43,093 nt of DNA. Source: a virus. A program made the position numbers and the translations under genes. The notes under the pieces are model-generated. The model worked only from the letters and a program-made list of their open reading frames with translations. It made no database searches and was not told the DNA's origin. The DNA is taken from positions 1 through 43,093 of IMG/VR virus record IMGVR_UViG_3300045988_049952, one strand, 5' to 3'. Positions 7,686 through 17,625 of the stretch are shown here, one piece after another; positions within the stretch are counted from its first letter, which is position 1, and each line of letters opens with the position of its first letter.

Positions 7686-8851
7686 CAGACCACCTCCACC
7701 GTAACGGTTCCGCTCTTTGCTATGGCATTGTACGGGATATCTACATCAGCCACACCAAGTGCGCCATCTGTCCGTCCGATCTGCACGCTCTGCAAAGCAA
7801 AAGAGGGCTGCAGCGCGTCATCAACGGCGACAGCGATTGCGGTCAGAACCCCTGTCGTGGTAACATTTGCCCCTATGCCGAGGCGTCCTATGTACGACGC
7901 AATATTGCGCTTGATGTTCTCTTCCACCAGCGTCGTATACCCTGCGCACCTCCTTACTGTGACTTTCACAGCGATTTCCATGTATGTGGGGCGGAAGAAT
8001 CGAATTTCATTTTTCAGCCCGTCAGAATTGGTGTAGATCGTCGTTGTTGTCCCATGGGTCCCGCAACCCGGCCCTTTGCGCAGATAAATCTGCTCGGCGA
8101 CCGCCTCATCCAGTCCGCCCTCGACGACAGCGGCGATGCTGTGCCCTGGGACGCCGTTCTCATCGGCCTTGTTCGTGTCATTCTCGTACACTTTGTACCG
8201 CGATACTCCAGCGACGCTTCCAATGCCCGCGAGTGTACTGTTTACCATATTTTGGCTTGGAATTGCCACCGAAAATGCCTGACGGCGGCGCAGCTCCTCA
8301 TCTGTCTCGATGGGGCGTCCCTTTACGGCGGGCACCTTGTTTGTAACCGACAGCCACCCATATTGAGGGTTGCTGATCTTCGTGATCGTGCCGACAGGTG
8401 CTTCGACTGCGCCGATATCCTGGCACTGCGCCGTAATTTCGACGATTTCGCGGTCAAAATTGACGTTTTCGGGCAAATTCCACCGCTTTCCCTGCGTATC
8501 CTCGACAATTCCGGCGGCGATGGTCGTTCCCGGCACGCCTGTCAGCGTCAGAACGCAGGTGGAGTAGCTTGCTGTCTTGCGGCGCAGTCCGTTGAGCTTC
8601 ACACGCGAGGACAGCCCCGTCCCGACCGCTGTCTTGACGCTCTGGTTATTGTAGACGATCTGCAGGAGCTGTATTGTGTCGTATGTCTTGAGCGCAAACG
8701 CGGAGATCATCTGATAATCCTGAGAATCGTTGCCGAGGTAGAGGTCGTCCCCGTAGATTTTCTTAAAATCATCAACCAAATCATCTCGTATGTCGGCGTA
8801 GGTCGGGACGTGAAGCCCTGCGTCGTCAATGTACGGAGCGAAGTATGCCAT
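7685..8851 (-). CDS. Baseplate J-like protein (XkdT-like)
   Basis: 388 aa with baseplate_J-like N-terminus MAYFAPYIDDAGLHVPTYADIRDDL and conserved gene order. Confidence 0.7.
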   Translation of the reverse strand: MAYFAPYIDDAGLHVPTYADIRDDLVDDFKKIYGDDLYLGNDSQDYQMISAFALKTYDTIQLLQIVYNNQSVKTAVGTGLSSRVKLNGLRRKTASYSTCVLTLTGVPGTTIAAGIVEDTQGKRWNLPENVNFDREIVEITAQCQDIGAVEAPVGTITKISNPQYGWLSVTNKVPAVKGRPIETDEELRRRQAFSVAIPSQNMVNSTLAGIGSVAGVSRYKVYENDTNKADENGVPGHSIAAVVEGGLDEAVAEQIYLRKGPGCGTHGTTTTIYTNSDGLKNEIRFFRPTYMEIAVKVTVRRCAGYTTLVEENIKRNIASYIGRLGIGANVTTTGVLTAIAVAVDDALQPSFALQSVQIGRTDGALGVADVDIPYNAIAKSGTVTVEVV

Positions 8852-9201
8852 TATCCCACCTCCTCATCGATGCTGAATGCACCGTACTCACTCTGGATCG
8901 CCACACGTATCATCAGCGTGCGGTTCTCATTGTCCCAGACGGGGTCAAAGGACAGAATCGACAGTACGTGCGGCGTCTGCTGAATCCGTTCGCGGATGAT
9001 CTGCTCTGCTGCTGCGACGTCCCTGCTGGCAATGATCTTCTGCCAGTATGGCACGCCGTCGTTGATGTCCTCCCACCACTCGTAGACGAGAAGCCGCAGC
9101 CTTGTTATGACAGCCTGCCGCACGGCATCCACCCCGTCAATGTAGGCGTGTGCATTCCCGAGGGTAAAATCTCCATTTTCGTCCAGTGCGCGGTATCTCA
9201 C
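8851..9201 (-). CDS. Baseplate wedge protein, DUF2634 (XkdS/gp25-like position)
   Basis: 116 aa immediately upstream of baseplate J. Confidence 0.5.
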   Translation of the reverse strand: MRYRALDENGDFTLGNAHAYIDGVDAVRQAVITRLRLLVYEWWEDINDGVPYWQKIIASRDVAAAEQIIRERIQQTPHVLSILSFDPVWDNENRTLMIRVAIQSEYGAFSIDEEVG

Positions 9202-9812
9202 GAGACACCTCCCGTTGTTCCTCCACCTGGCTGAACGCCTCCGTGCGTATGTCCGAGGAAGCTGCGCCCGTCGATGGTCGTCCCTCCGTCAATGTGGACA
9301 CCGCCTGCTGCGCGGATATTGATGCTGGATCCGCTGATCTCGATGCAGGCATCCCCTGCCGCGTTGCGCATCTGCGCTGCGCCGCCGGAGTATCCGCTGA
9401 CCACATGGGGCTGGCTGCGGAATCCAACCAGGGCGAATCCATCCGAGAGATCGTGTCTGCGTTTTTCGACCTGGTTCTGCACGCCGCCGCTCTGCCACCA
9501 CGCATCCATACAGTTATCTCCAAAGACCACGAGGCAATCGTCGCCCGGCTGAATAGGAAGGGTCAGGCAGTAGCCGCCGCCCGAATACACGAAGAACGGC
9601 ACATCGGGCAGAATTGGAATCTCCGCCCATGTGAGCACACCGCCGCGATTCATCCGCTCGCGGATCGCCAGCTGCACGGTACACGTCTGTCTGGCGTAAT
9701 CGACCGAGCGGATGATGCCCGGAGCGGCAACGCGCAAGTCCAGCCCGAATCCGTCCAGCTCGCGCTTGCTCTGCTCGACCTCCTCGGCGAGCCGCTCTGA
9801 TACTTTCAGCAT
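9198..9812 (-). CDS. Baseplate spike / gpV-like protein with Gly-rich C-terminus
   Basis: Beta-rich sequence with C-terminal GHTHGGVQPGGGTTGG. Position between the hub and wedge genes. Confidence 0.45.
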   Translation of the reverse strand: MLKVSERLAEEVEQSKRELDGFGLDLRVAAPGIIRSVDYARQTCTVQLAIRERMNRGGVLTWAEIPILPDVPFFVYSGGGYCLTLPIQPGDDCLVVFGDNCMDAWWQSGGVQNQVEKRRHDLSDGFALVGFRSQPHVVSGYSGGAAQMRNAAGDACIEISGSSINIRAAGGVHIDGGTTIDGRSFLGHTHGGVQPGGGTTGGVS

Positions 9813-9821
9813 TCTGTCACC

Positions 9822-10907
9822 TCATTTCATCGTCTGTCCTTTGCCTTGTACCGCTGTCAAGAGCCCCATGCGGCCGTTGCGGCTGACGCCGACGACCGAC
9901 GTCGTCCACTCATCGCCCCACGTGTCGCCATGATGCTCGACGGAGAATACCTGATACTCGCCGTCTTGGTCGAACTGTGCCGTCTGTGGGAGCTGGTCGC
10001 TCTTTTGCTGTCCGCTGCTGGGGTCGATCTGCAGTGCCTGCCGCTGAATGATCTCGTTGTCGATCTTGATCATGGAGCGAAGCTTTACACGTGCATCGAG
10101 GAGCATCTTGATCTGGATGCCCTGGTCGGTGTAGACAGGCGTGCCGACAAGCCCCGTATTTGGCGTGAGCACAAGCACACGGTCGGCGGGTATTTCCTGC
10201 TCGACCGTCTCCACGGTGAGTTTGCCGTCTTCACCCTCCCAGTAGACGGCATCATTCCACGTGCACAGGTCGCGCAGGTACTTCGCGGGCGTACCAAATA
10301 GCACTTTGCCGCGCGGGAGCGGCTGGTCGGGCAGATCCTCGCTCACCTCGCCGACGCCGACTTTTTTATCCGCCTGCCCAGCCACAGCATCCACCACATC
10401 GCGCGGCGTACTGCCGGCGGCGATGGTGCTGCGGACGTGATTCATGAAGAGGCTCTGCATCCCCTTGAGTGCGATAATCTCGAGGCGGTAGTCCGTGCCA
10501 TTCTCGCGATTGCGGAAAATCTGGACGATGTCCCCCGTGAAAATCTCTCCGTACTGTCCCTCCTCGTACCCGCCGAAAACGGAGATCTGAAAGCCCTCCT
10601 CGATGACCTCCTTCTCTGTCTTGGCGTTCATGTTGTAGACGACAAGCGTGCCGATCTGAACGGCCGTCTCGGTCGTTGCCTTAGTCTGGAACTCACATTT
10701 GAGGAGAGATACATCCATCTCTGTGTCGTGTTCTGGATCTCGCTCATCAGTAGGATTCCCATCCTCACCCGTCTTGTAGGCGGGTTTATAAATGGTGATC
10801 TTCCATTTCCGTCCATAGAGGCGTCCTTTGCGTGTCTGCTGCTCTGGCTGCGCCTGCTCATTCCCCTGCGCCTCTGCGCCGTCATTTGTCTCCGCCATTG
10901 CTGTCAC
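9822..10907 (-). CDS. Tail/baseplate hub protein (XkdQ / late control D-like)
   Basis: 361 aa at the conserved position downstream of TMP. The N-terminal 60 aa is low complexity, so the true start may be later. Confidence 0.45.
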   Translation of the reverse strand: MTAMAETNDGAEAQGNEQAQPEQQTRKGRLYGRKWKITIYKPAYKTGEDGNPTDERDPEHDTEMDVSLLKCEFQTKATTETAVQIGTLVVYNMNAKTEKEVIEEGFQISVFGGYEEGQYGEIFTGDIVQIFRNRENGTDYRLEIIALKGMQSLFMNHVRSTIAAGSTPRDVVDAVAGQADKKVGVGEVSEDLPDQPLPRGKVLFGTPAKYLRDLCTWNDAVYWEGEDGKLTVETVEQEIPADRVLVLTPNTGLVGTPVYTDQGIQIKMLLDARVKLRSMIKIDNEIIQRQALQIDPSSGQQKSDQLPQTAQFDQDGEYQVFSVEHHGDTWGDEWTTSVVGVSRNGRMGLLTAVQGKGQTMK

Positions 10908-11253
10908 CCCAGATCACGTACCAGTCCGATGTGAGTGTTGCCGAGCTCGGCCACTGCTCCTGCACACGGCTGCGCGGTGCGATCCACGCGCTGCCGATGC
11001 CAAGGTAGCCGACCTGCTCGAGAATGTTCTGCCCCGGCACGAGCGGCAGCCCTGCGTATACCATCGTATCATTCTTGTAGATGTCGACGAGCCAGTACTG
11101 CGCGAGCTCGTTGTATTTCATGTGGAATTTGAGGAGCGTGTTGCCTCCGTCGATTGGCACCTTCGCGCTGAATTTATGATTTGGGATCCCTTGGAATGGG
11201 ATGATCGAAAACACCGCCGCACCTCCTCTATGTAAAGATACTGCCGCCTGCAT
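10882..11253 (-). CDS. Hypothetical tail protein
   Basis: 123-aa ORF with coding-like composition inside the tail module. Confidence 0.4.
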   Translation of the reverse strand: MQAAVSLHRGGAAVFSIIPFQGIPNHKFSAKVPIDGGNTLLKFHMKYNELAQYWLVDIYKNDTMVYAGLPLVPGQNILEQVGYLGIGSAWIAPRSRVQEQWPSSATLTSDWYVIWGDSNGGDK

Positions 11254-12025
11254 CTTTTATGACACGAGCGGCAGTCTTATTTACGTCATCGCCCGTCTGC
11301 ACAGGGGTCTGTCCTGATGCAGATTCCCCGGCGGACGCTGATGCCCTTGCGCTGACCGCTGTCTCTGCTACCGTTGCGAAAATGATCTCCCGCATGCGCA
11401 CCGTGCACCGCAGCGCATGGAGTGTGTTGACATCATCCGGTGCAGAGAGCTCCTCAATCAGCATGTTGTGATAGGTCTGCAGGCGTGTCTCGACCGTAAT
11501 CGGAACACGCGCCATCTGCAGAGCACGCAGGCTTTTCCACGCGTCGATGGAGCGTCCCTCCCCCGGCGTGGTCACCATCGTTGGCATGCAGGGAAGGTCG
11601 GCAAAATTGCTGTACATCGTCCCGACGGTTTTGAGGATATTCCCGATAGCAGGCGGCGTCTGCAGGTAGCTGTCTGCCTTTGCATCCGTCATCATGATCT
11701 CGACGGTGACTTCTGCCGGCTCGATGATGGCGTGGTCGGTCATCGTCACGCCCGTCTGCACGGGGTAGTTCGTCGGGCGAACGCGGCTGATATGCTCCGT
11801 GCGCATGATGCCGTCGAAATACATGCCTCCGATCGGCCACTTCGGTGCGCGGAACAGAAACTGCTCCATGTCCTTGTAGCCGCTGAGGAAATTGACGATC
11901 TCATAGTGCCCCGTCATCTTGCCGATCTCAACGCCGACCTTCATCCAGTCGGGCTTTTTCTTGGTCGATACGAGATCGGAGAAATAATTCAGGCCGTCAA
12001 TCGACAGCCCCTTTTTGATGCCCAA
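11228..12025 (-). CDS. Hypothetical tail protein (XkdP position, no obvious LysM)
   Basis: 265 aa directly downstream of the tape measure gene. Confidence 0.4.
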   Translation of the reverse strand: MGIKKGLSIDGLNYFSDLVSTKKKPDWMKVGVEIGKMTGHYEIVNFLSGYKDMEQFLFRAPKWPIGGMYFDGIMRTEHISRVRPTNYPVQTGVTMTDHAIIEPAEVTVEIMMTDAKADSYLQTPPAIGNILKTVGTMYSNFADLPCMPTMVTTPGEGRSIDAWKSLRALQMARVPITVETRLQTYHNMLIEELSAPDDVNTLHALRCTVRMREIIFATVAETAVSARASASAGESASGQTPVQTGDDVNKTAARVIKDAGGSIFT

Positions 12026-12037
12026 CGTATCACCTCC

Positions 12038-14476
12038 CTATACCAGCACGGGCGCGCCGGTCATTGTCCGACTGCGCAGGATATGTGCCCCCTTTTGCTC
12101 GAGCTGTGTCATGGTCTCACGCCCGACGCTTCGCCCGATCTCTGCTGCGTTCTGGTTCGTGCCGTTGACGGTCACACCGCCGACGTTGACCTGATAGACA
12201 ACGCTTCCGTTGCCGGATCCTGTCGGCTGGTATCCGCCGTATCCCGTCTGCCGCGCCCCTGTCATCAGCCCTGTGTAGAGGAGCGGGTCGATGCTGTAGG
12301 ACGGTGCGGCAAACGTCGACACAGGTGTCGCCCTGTAATGTGGGCGTTCCAGCTTGTACGTCATATTCCCTGCAGCGGAGCTGGCGTCTGCTGGGGCGGA
12401 TACAGGCTGTGTCGGCTGGGCTTCAAGAATCCTGCCCGATTGAATGTCTGCGTATTGTTCTGCGGTGTACGCCTGCTCATCTCCGTGTTTACCGACTTCC
12501 CATTTGTCTGTCCACACGGTTGTTGACTCCGATGGAGACAGCTGATTCATATATTCGGGGCCAAGTCCACGCTCTCGAGCTTCGATGATGGCGTAGTCCG
12601 TCTGCACGCCTGGATCCTGTGGGTCGAGCCCATGTTCTTCCGCCCATGCGAGAAATGCCTTTGTCCGTCCTCCATTCCATTGAAACATGCCATATCCGCC
12701 GACGGTGCCAATTCCGGGCACATAATGCTCTGGGACATCGCTAGTATCAAAGTTGTTCTCTTGCTGCATTCGACCAAGAATGCCCGCGATTGCCTCGTCT
12801 GAGTATCCCGCCGCTTTGAATCGCTGATAGGCGACCTTGCGGTTCCAGTCGCGGTCGCCTTTGCCCGCAGGAGAACCATCTCCATCGCCGCTGATTATCT
12901 CCCACGCGCCCTTAAAGTCTCCATTCTTCAGCGCGATGAGCGCCCTGCCGAACTTGCCGGCCTTCTCAATCGCGCGGTCAATCATCCGCCCGAGCTCTTC
13001 CCAGAACCGCCTGAACGGACTGCTGTCGCGCATCATCGTGAGGAGCTCGTTGAATACCTTGACCGCCCCTGTCACTACGCGCAGAAGGGCGGTGAATATG
13101 CTGAACACCGCGCGGATAGCGTCGCGGAAGCTGTAGACGTGATCGGTCTTGCCTATCTCGCCAAAGAGCCCGCTGAACGCGATGTTGATAAGATCAAGAA
13201 TGACGTTGAACGTCTCCGTCAGCGCACCTGCAAGTTCACCCACCGCGTCGATGAGGTCGTGGTACTCCTTCGTTCGGCGCACCTCACCTAGAAGGCGCTT
13301 CCACCATCGGAAGAAGTCCTTCACCGTGCCCAGGAGAGATTCGAACATCCCCCAGAGCTTTCCGATTGCTTCGCGCAACCCGTCGACTGCGCCGTGTTTC
13401 TCCATGGATGCGTAGAGCTCTTTTGCTTCCTCAACCCATGCGGCAGCATAGGTCTCTGCGAGCTCCCAGATGACACTGCCGAGATCCTTGACCTCTGCGA
13501 TGAAATCATTCAGCGCACTCGACCCCTGGACGCGGTCGAAGAAATCTGACACCGCGCCGGAGAACTCCTCCCACTTTTTCTTTGCCGTTTCGATGTACTC
13601 GTTGAGCTTGTCCCAATACTCACCGAACGCCGACTGCTTGCCCTCCATGTGCCCGTAGTAATCGTCAATGAGGAGGAGCAGGGTACTCACGAGGAGCATC
13701 ATGCGCGTCAGCGGGTTCGCCTTCATGACCAGTGCGAGCCCCGCCAGTGCAGCGGTGGCTATCTTCACCCCCTTGGGGAAGCTCTCCCACATCCGCCAGA
13801 GGGCTTTCCCGACGCTCAGAACAAGCATCAGAAAATGTTTTCCGATGTTGATGATGTAGACGAGCATGCGCGCGGCTTTCTCCGTCCAGACGCTCATGTT
13901 TTTGACGAACATGTCGTTGAAGCTGCGGAACTTCTCCCTCGCCTCTGCAAGCGGGCGGTTCAGGTACTTCATGAGATAGTACCCGACCCACGTCATGGCA
14001 TAGCTGACCTCCTGCTTGAGCCGTGTGAACTCAAACATGAGGTCGCGGAACCCCTTCATGGTCGCCTCAAAGTCACCGCCGACCTTCATTCTCTGCCCGT
14101 CTGCGGTGAGCTTGTTGAATCGCTCCATCAGCTCCGGCGTTAGCATAATGTCTTGGATGGATTCGCCGAGGGCATCTGTCGCTGCCTTCATCGTCCATGC
14201 GGCATCCTTGCCGACCATCATCTGGCGGGACAGCTTCTGCATGGCGAGGTCTTGCGATGCGGCGGACTTCATCAACCCGAAAGCGGAGGCGGTCACGCCT
14301 GCAATCGCTGTGCTGATCATCGCCGAAGCGCGGACGAAATTCGCCGCCATGTGTCCCGTCGCCGTCTCTACGGTACGGTCAAGGCTGTTAATCGTCGCCT
14401 CTGCCTGCCCAAAGCCCGGCTTATCCAGGCGCACACCAAGTCCGACCAGGTATTCCTGGATCATCTCGCCGATCAT
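12038..14476 (-). CDS. Tail tape measure protein with C-terminal lysozyme/transglycosylase-like domain
   Basis: 812 aa with a long helical/repetitive core. The C-terminal region ...ILGRMQQENNFDTSDV...GGYGMFQWNGGRTKAFLAWAEEHGLDP resembles a PG hydrolase domain. GGGAGGTGAGACA-ATG RBS. Confidence 0.75.
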   Translation of the reverse strand: MIGEMIQEYLVGLGVRLDKPGFGQAEATINSLDRTVETATGHMAANFVRASAMISTAIAGVTASAFGLMKSAASQDLAMQKLSRQMMVGKDAAWTMKAATDALGESIQDIMLTPELMERFNKLTADGQRMKVGGDFEATMKGFRDLMFEFTRLKQEVSYAMTWVGYYLMKYLNRPLAEAREKFRSFNDMFVKNMSVWTEKAARMLVYIINIGKHFLMLVLSVGKALWRMWESFPKGVKIATAALAGLALVMKANPLTRMMLLVSTLLLLIDDYYGHMEGKQSAFGEYWDKLNEYIETAKKKWEEFSGAVSDFFDRVQGSSALNDFIAEVKDLGSVIWELAETYAAAWVEEAKELYASMEKHGAVDGLREAIGKLWGMFESLLGTVKDFFRWWKRLLGEVRRTKEYHDLIDAVGELAGALTETFNVILDLINIAFSGLFGEIGKTDHVYSFRDAIRAVFSIFTALLRVVTGAVKVFNELLTMMRDSSPFRRFWEELGRMIDRAIEKAGKFGRALIALKNGDFKGAWEIISGDGDGSPAGKGDRDWNRKVAYQRFKAAGYSDEAIAGILGRMQQENNFDTSDVPEHYVPGIGTVGGYGMFQWNGGRTKAFLAWAEEHGLDPQDPGVQTDYAIIEARERGLGPEYMNQLSPSESTTVWTDKWEVGKHGDEQAYTAEQYADIQSGRILEAQPTQPVSAPADASSAAGNMTYKLERPHYRATPVSTFAAPSYSIDPLLYTGLMTGARQTGYGGYQPTGSGNGSVVYQVNVGGVTVNGTNQNAAEIGRSVGRETMTQLEQKGAHILRSRTMTGAPVLV

Positions 14477-15107
14477 TGTCTCACCTCCCTCTGCTCTGCT
14501 GCGTATACATCCGCACGGCGGCGGTTCTCTCCCTCAACGAGCATGATCTCATGGACATCGAGCAGGTCATTAAACGTGTACGTCCCATCCCACAGCTCGT
14601 GCTGCTGCCACTTCCCTGCGATGACGGGCGCGTAGACCCATGCGTTTACGTTGCGGTATTCGCAAAGCTCAAACTCTGGAGACCGGCTTTCAATTCCTTC
14701 AAGCCGTCTCCGCTGAAAAAACCCGCGATGTTGAAGACCAGCGCGTGGATCGTCAGCAGAATGACGAGCATCGCGTTGTCTGCGACGTCCTCCACGCCCC
14801 AGCTGCCGTTGTCGTTGATAATCGGAGCAGTGCGCCCTGGCAACACCTCCCCGACGACCGAGAGTACGTCCCGCTGGAATGCGATGAACTCTCCTTTGCT
14901 CATGAGCGCGCGGTTCGGCGTTGGCAGTGCGTCGACATCCTTCCCCTCGGCGCGGAGTGTATTCATGACCCTCGCCTCCATGCCCATGGGGAGCATTTTC
15001 TCCATGAGCGTGAACGCGATGTAGCTGCCCGTAAAAGCATCAAAGGAGCGGATTTCAAATTTCCGCCCCTGAATCTCAACGATCTTCTTGGTTTCTCTTT
15101 TCATCAT
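14474..15107 (-). CDS. Tail assembly chaperone (XkdN-like). The 0-frame product spans 14646-15107. A predicted -1 frameshift product extends to 14474.
   Basis: Slippery heptamer GGGTTTT (plus 14718-14724) lies near the 3' end of the 153-aa ORF. The -1 frame stays open for about 81 codons and terminates in an ATGA overlap with the TMP start. Confidence 0.6.
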
Positions 15108-15117
15108 CTACCTCCGA

Positions 15118-15558
15118 TTAAAGCTGGATGCGCTGAATATCCGCGAACAAAATCTGCCACGACACGCGCTGACCTTGGCTCTGCAGCGGCTCGTCCGGCT
15201 CCTTGACGAACGACCCGCCCGAGCAATAGTACGTCTTGCCCATCTTCGGGGCTTCGACAGTCATGGAGATTGTTGTCCATACCGAGGTGTCCGCCTGCCA
15301 GCAATAATTAAAAAGTCCCTGCAGGAACTTATGCAGGGCACTGGTCTGCTGCGCATTGATGGACACCGTACCGTTGTTGCCGGCAATCTTGCTGACCATG
15401 ACTGCACCGTCCGATGCGACATCATGCACCGAGCGGTCGGTCGCCTTCGAGACAGTCATGTCGCCGATGCCCTCCCCCTGGATGGAAAACGACCCATACC
15501 CTGGACAGTTGATCGTCGCGTTGACATCGGTAAACGAATAAGTACTTACCGTTGGCAT
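15118..15558 (-). CDS. Tail tube protein (XkdM-like)
   Basis: 146 aa between the sheath and the chaperone. Confidence 0.6.
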   Translation of the reverse strand: MPTVSTYSFTDVNATINCPGYGSFSIQGEGIGDMTVSKATDRSVHDVASDGAVMVSKIAGNNGTVSINAQQTSALHKFLQGLFNYCWQADTSVWTTISMTVEAPKMGKTYYCSGGSFVKEPDEPLQSQGQRVSWQILFADIQRIQL

Positions 15559-15579
15559 ACTCTATATCCTCCCTTCTTC

Positions 15580-16716
15580 TTAGCGGTTGACGTCCACCTG
15601 AATGGTGACGTGGTGAATCGCACCAGCGAGCTTCAGCGACACATAGATCGGCGGCGCGTTGCGTGCGTCACGCTCTGCCTGCGCCTGCTCACTGATCGGC
15701 TCGCTCTGGATGAGATAGCCGCCCGGGAGCACCTTCCCGTACTCAAGCGCCATAAGCTCTTCGCCCTTCCAGACGCCCTCCTTGATGAAGCCGATGCGGT
15801 TCATGTCGTCGCAGACCTCTTTGATCGCCGTCTTAATGCGTCCCATGCCCGCCTCGGTCTGCGGCACCTTGTTGGCGTTGACGAGCAAATCCATAATGCC
15901 GAGCTGCATGTCGTTCTTGAACTTGTCGAGGTAGATGATCTCGTCGAACCACGAGCCATCACCGACGCGCCCTTCCTCGAACACATTATAGAAATTGCCA
16001 CGGTTGACGTAAACGTTCCCGTAGTTCTTCTTGATGTTGTTCAGGTCATTCGACGTGAATGTCTGCATGTAGTTCTCTGCCTGTACACCGACCTCCCGTT
16101 TGTAGGCTAGTGTAAATGCACTGTTGATGGTCGATGCACTCATCGCGCCCATCGCCCATCCAATCGCCGCGCAGATCGCGTCCTTGTGTGCAGTGGAATA
16201 CTGCCCGATGATGCGGCGGTAGCCCTTGCCATTGATCGTGCCAAAGATACCGCCGTCGCTTGCCTTGGCTTTGCTATCGCCCGTTGTAAAGGCAAACATC
16301 GTGGACGGTGTGCATGCTTCGACAAACTCCTGCACCTCGAGCAGCTGCGCGTCTGTCATATCACCGCAGTAGATGCCGACGTACCACTCAGAATCTTCCT
16401 GACGGCATGCCTGAATCGTCTTGATCGGCGCCTCCTTGTTGGCGATCTTCCCGATTGCGACGAGAGGTGGTTTCTTGCGCTGTCCGAAGATCAGCGCTGC
16501 TGCCTTGTAAAGACGATCCTCTGTCGTGAATCCAGCCTGCAGCATGGAATTGAGACTATCGTAAGTCACGATCCGCTTGTCACTAAAGTCTGCGACAGAA
16601 CCGACATCGCCCATGAGCAGGGCAAGGTTGAACTTCTTGCGCGTCGCGGAGACAGCCGCAAGATTGACGATAATATTGACCACAGGGTCAAGCGGCAGCA
16701 CGTTTTTGAGTGCCAT
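15580..16716 (-). CDS. Contractile tail sheath protein (XkdK-like)
   Basis: 378 aa directly upstream of the tube gene. Confidence 0.7.
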   Translation of the reverse strand: MALKNVLPLDPVVNIIVNLAAVSATRKKFNLALLMGDVGSVADFSDKRIVTYDSLNSMLQAGFTTEDRLYKAAALIFGQRKKPPLVAIGKIANKEAPIKTIQACRQEDSEWYVGIYCGDMTDAQLLEVQEFVEACTPSTMFAFTTGDSKAKASDGGIFGTINGKGYRRIIGQYSTAHKDAICAAIGWAMGAMSASTINSAFTLAYKREVGVQAENYMQTFTSNDLNNIKKNYGNVYVNRGNFYNVFEEGRVGDGSWFDEIIYLDKFKNDMQLGIMDLLVNANKVPQTEAGMGRIKTAIKEVCDDMNRIGFIKEGVWKGEELMALEYGKVLPGGYLIQSEPISEQAQAERDARNAPPIYVSLKLAGAIHHVTIQVDVNR

Positions 16717-16728
16717 ATTGTTCCCTCC

Positions 16729-17256
16729 TTATGGATTCGCCTGTGCACCAAGTCGAATGTTGGCAATTCTGCCGACATCCTCCGGCGCAAGGCGATAGAG
16801 CTCGTTGAATCGCAGGGTAATATCCCACCTGTCCCACCACTTCCCTGCGAAAAGTTCGGGTGCTTGCATACACGTCGGGAGATTCGGGACGATGAACACA
16901 TCCTTTTGTGCGAGATTTCTGCGCACCGGCTCGTAAAAGAAGCCGTCCTTCAGGGCATTCGCGATCTCGTACGACCTGCGCCCGTAGGCAGTCGCCTGCA
17001 AATCCCACACGCGCGTGCGAGTAGTGTCACGATAGACGGTTTCATCTGCCTCCCGATATAGGCTGTCTCTCTGCTTCGCGTAGTCGTCATCCGCCTCCGC
17101 GAGGTACAGAAAAAGAATATCGTCGCTGATCTTCCAGTCGGGCGCACCACCTTCGGGATAGCGCCAGCGGATGAACTTGTCGGGCTTCTTGATGACGTCC
17201 GACGTAATGGCTGACGCTGCATCCCAGAACAAATCCTGGAGCTCACTGTATGTCAT
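16729..17256 (-). CDS. Hypothetical head-tail joining protein (XkdJ position)
   Basis: 175-aa ORF in the conserved position. Confidence 0.35.
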   Translation of the reverse strand: MTYSELQDLFWDAASAITSDVIKKPDKFIRWRYPEGGAPDWKISDDILFLYLAEADDDYAKQRDSLYREADETVYRDTTRTRVWDLQATAYGRRSYEIANALKDGFFYEPVRRNLAQKDVFIVPNLPTCMQAPELFAGKWWDRWDITLRFNELYRLAPEDVGRIANIRLGAQANP

Positions 17257-17621
17257 CCGCTGTCCTCCTCTCCCATGAGTGCGCCGATTGCTTTGTAGTA
17301 TCCGTTCGCGGCGTAGTCAAAGGTCTGGATCAGCTTGTACCGCTGCCCCTTCCACACGCACACATCGGAGGTCTTCTCGGTGCTAGACACGTCAAGGCTA
17401 ACCTCGTCCGTGATGAAGGTCTTCATCCCATTTACCCGGTCCGCCGTATCGAGCAGTTCGAGATCCTTGCTGGATGAAGGCTGCACGATTCCTTCGACGG
17501 TTGTCTCCGTCGTTTTCCTCTTCAGCACACCTCGCACCCATTCGGATTCTCCCTGCTTGATAACGGTGAACGTGGTGCAGAAATCGGGGTCATGGACGAT
17601 CTCCGAGACGTCGATTGCCAT
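17253..17621 (-). CDS. Hypothetical head-tail joining protein
   Basis: 122-aa ORF in the conserved position. Confidence 0.35.
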   Translation of the reverse strand: MAIDVSEIVHDPDFCTTFTVIKQGESEWVRGVLKRKTTETTVEGIVQPSSSKDLELLDTADRVNGMKTFITDEVSLDVSSTEKTSDVCVWKGQRYKLIQTFDYAANGYYKAIGALMGEEDSG

Positions 17622-17625
17622 CTGA

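Noticed and set aside
7679-8983. 434-aa plus-strand ORF (and similar ones at 15088-16110, 16186-17061, 27503-28669)
   Set aside because: These are opposite-strand shadows of well-supported structural genes, with no RBS or domain signatures.
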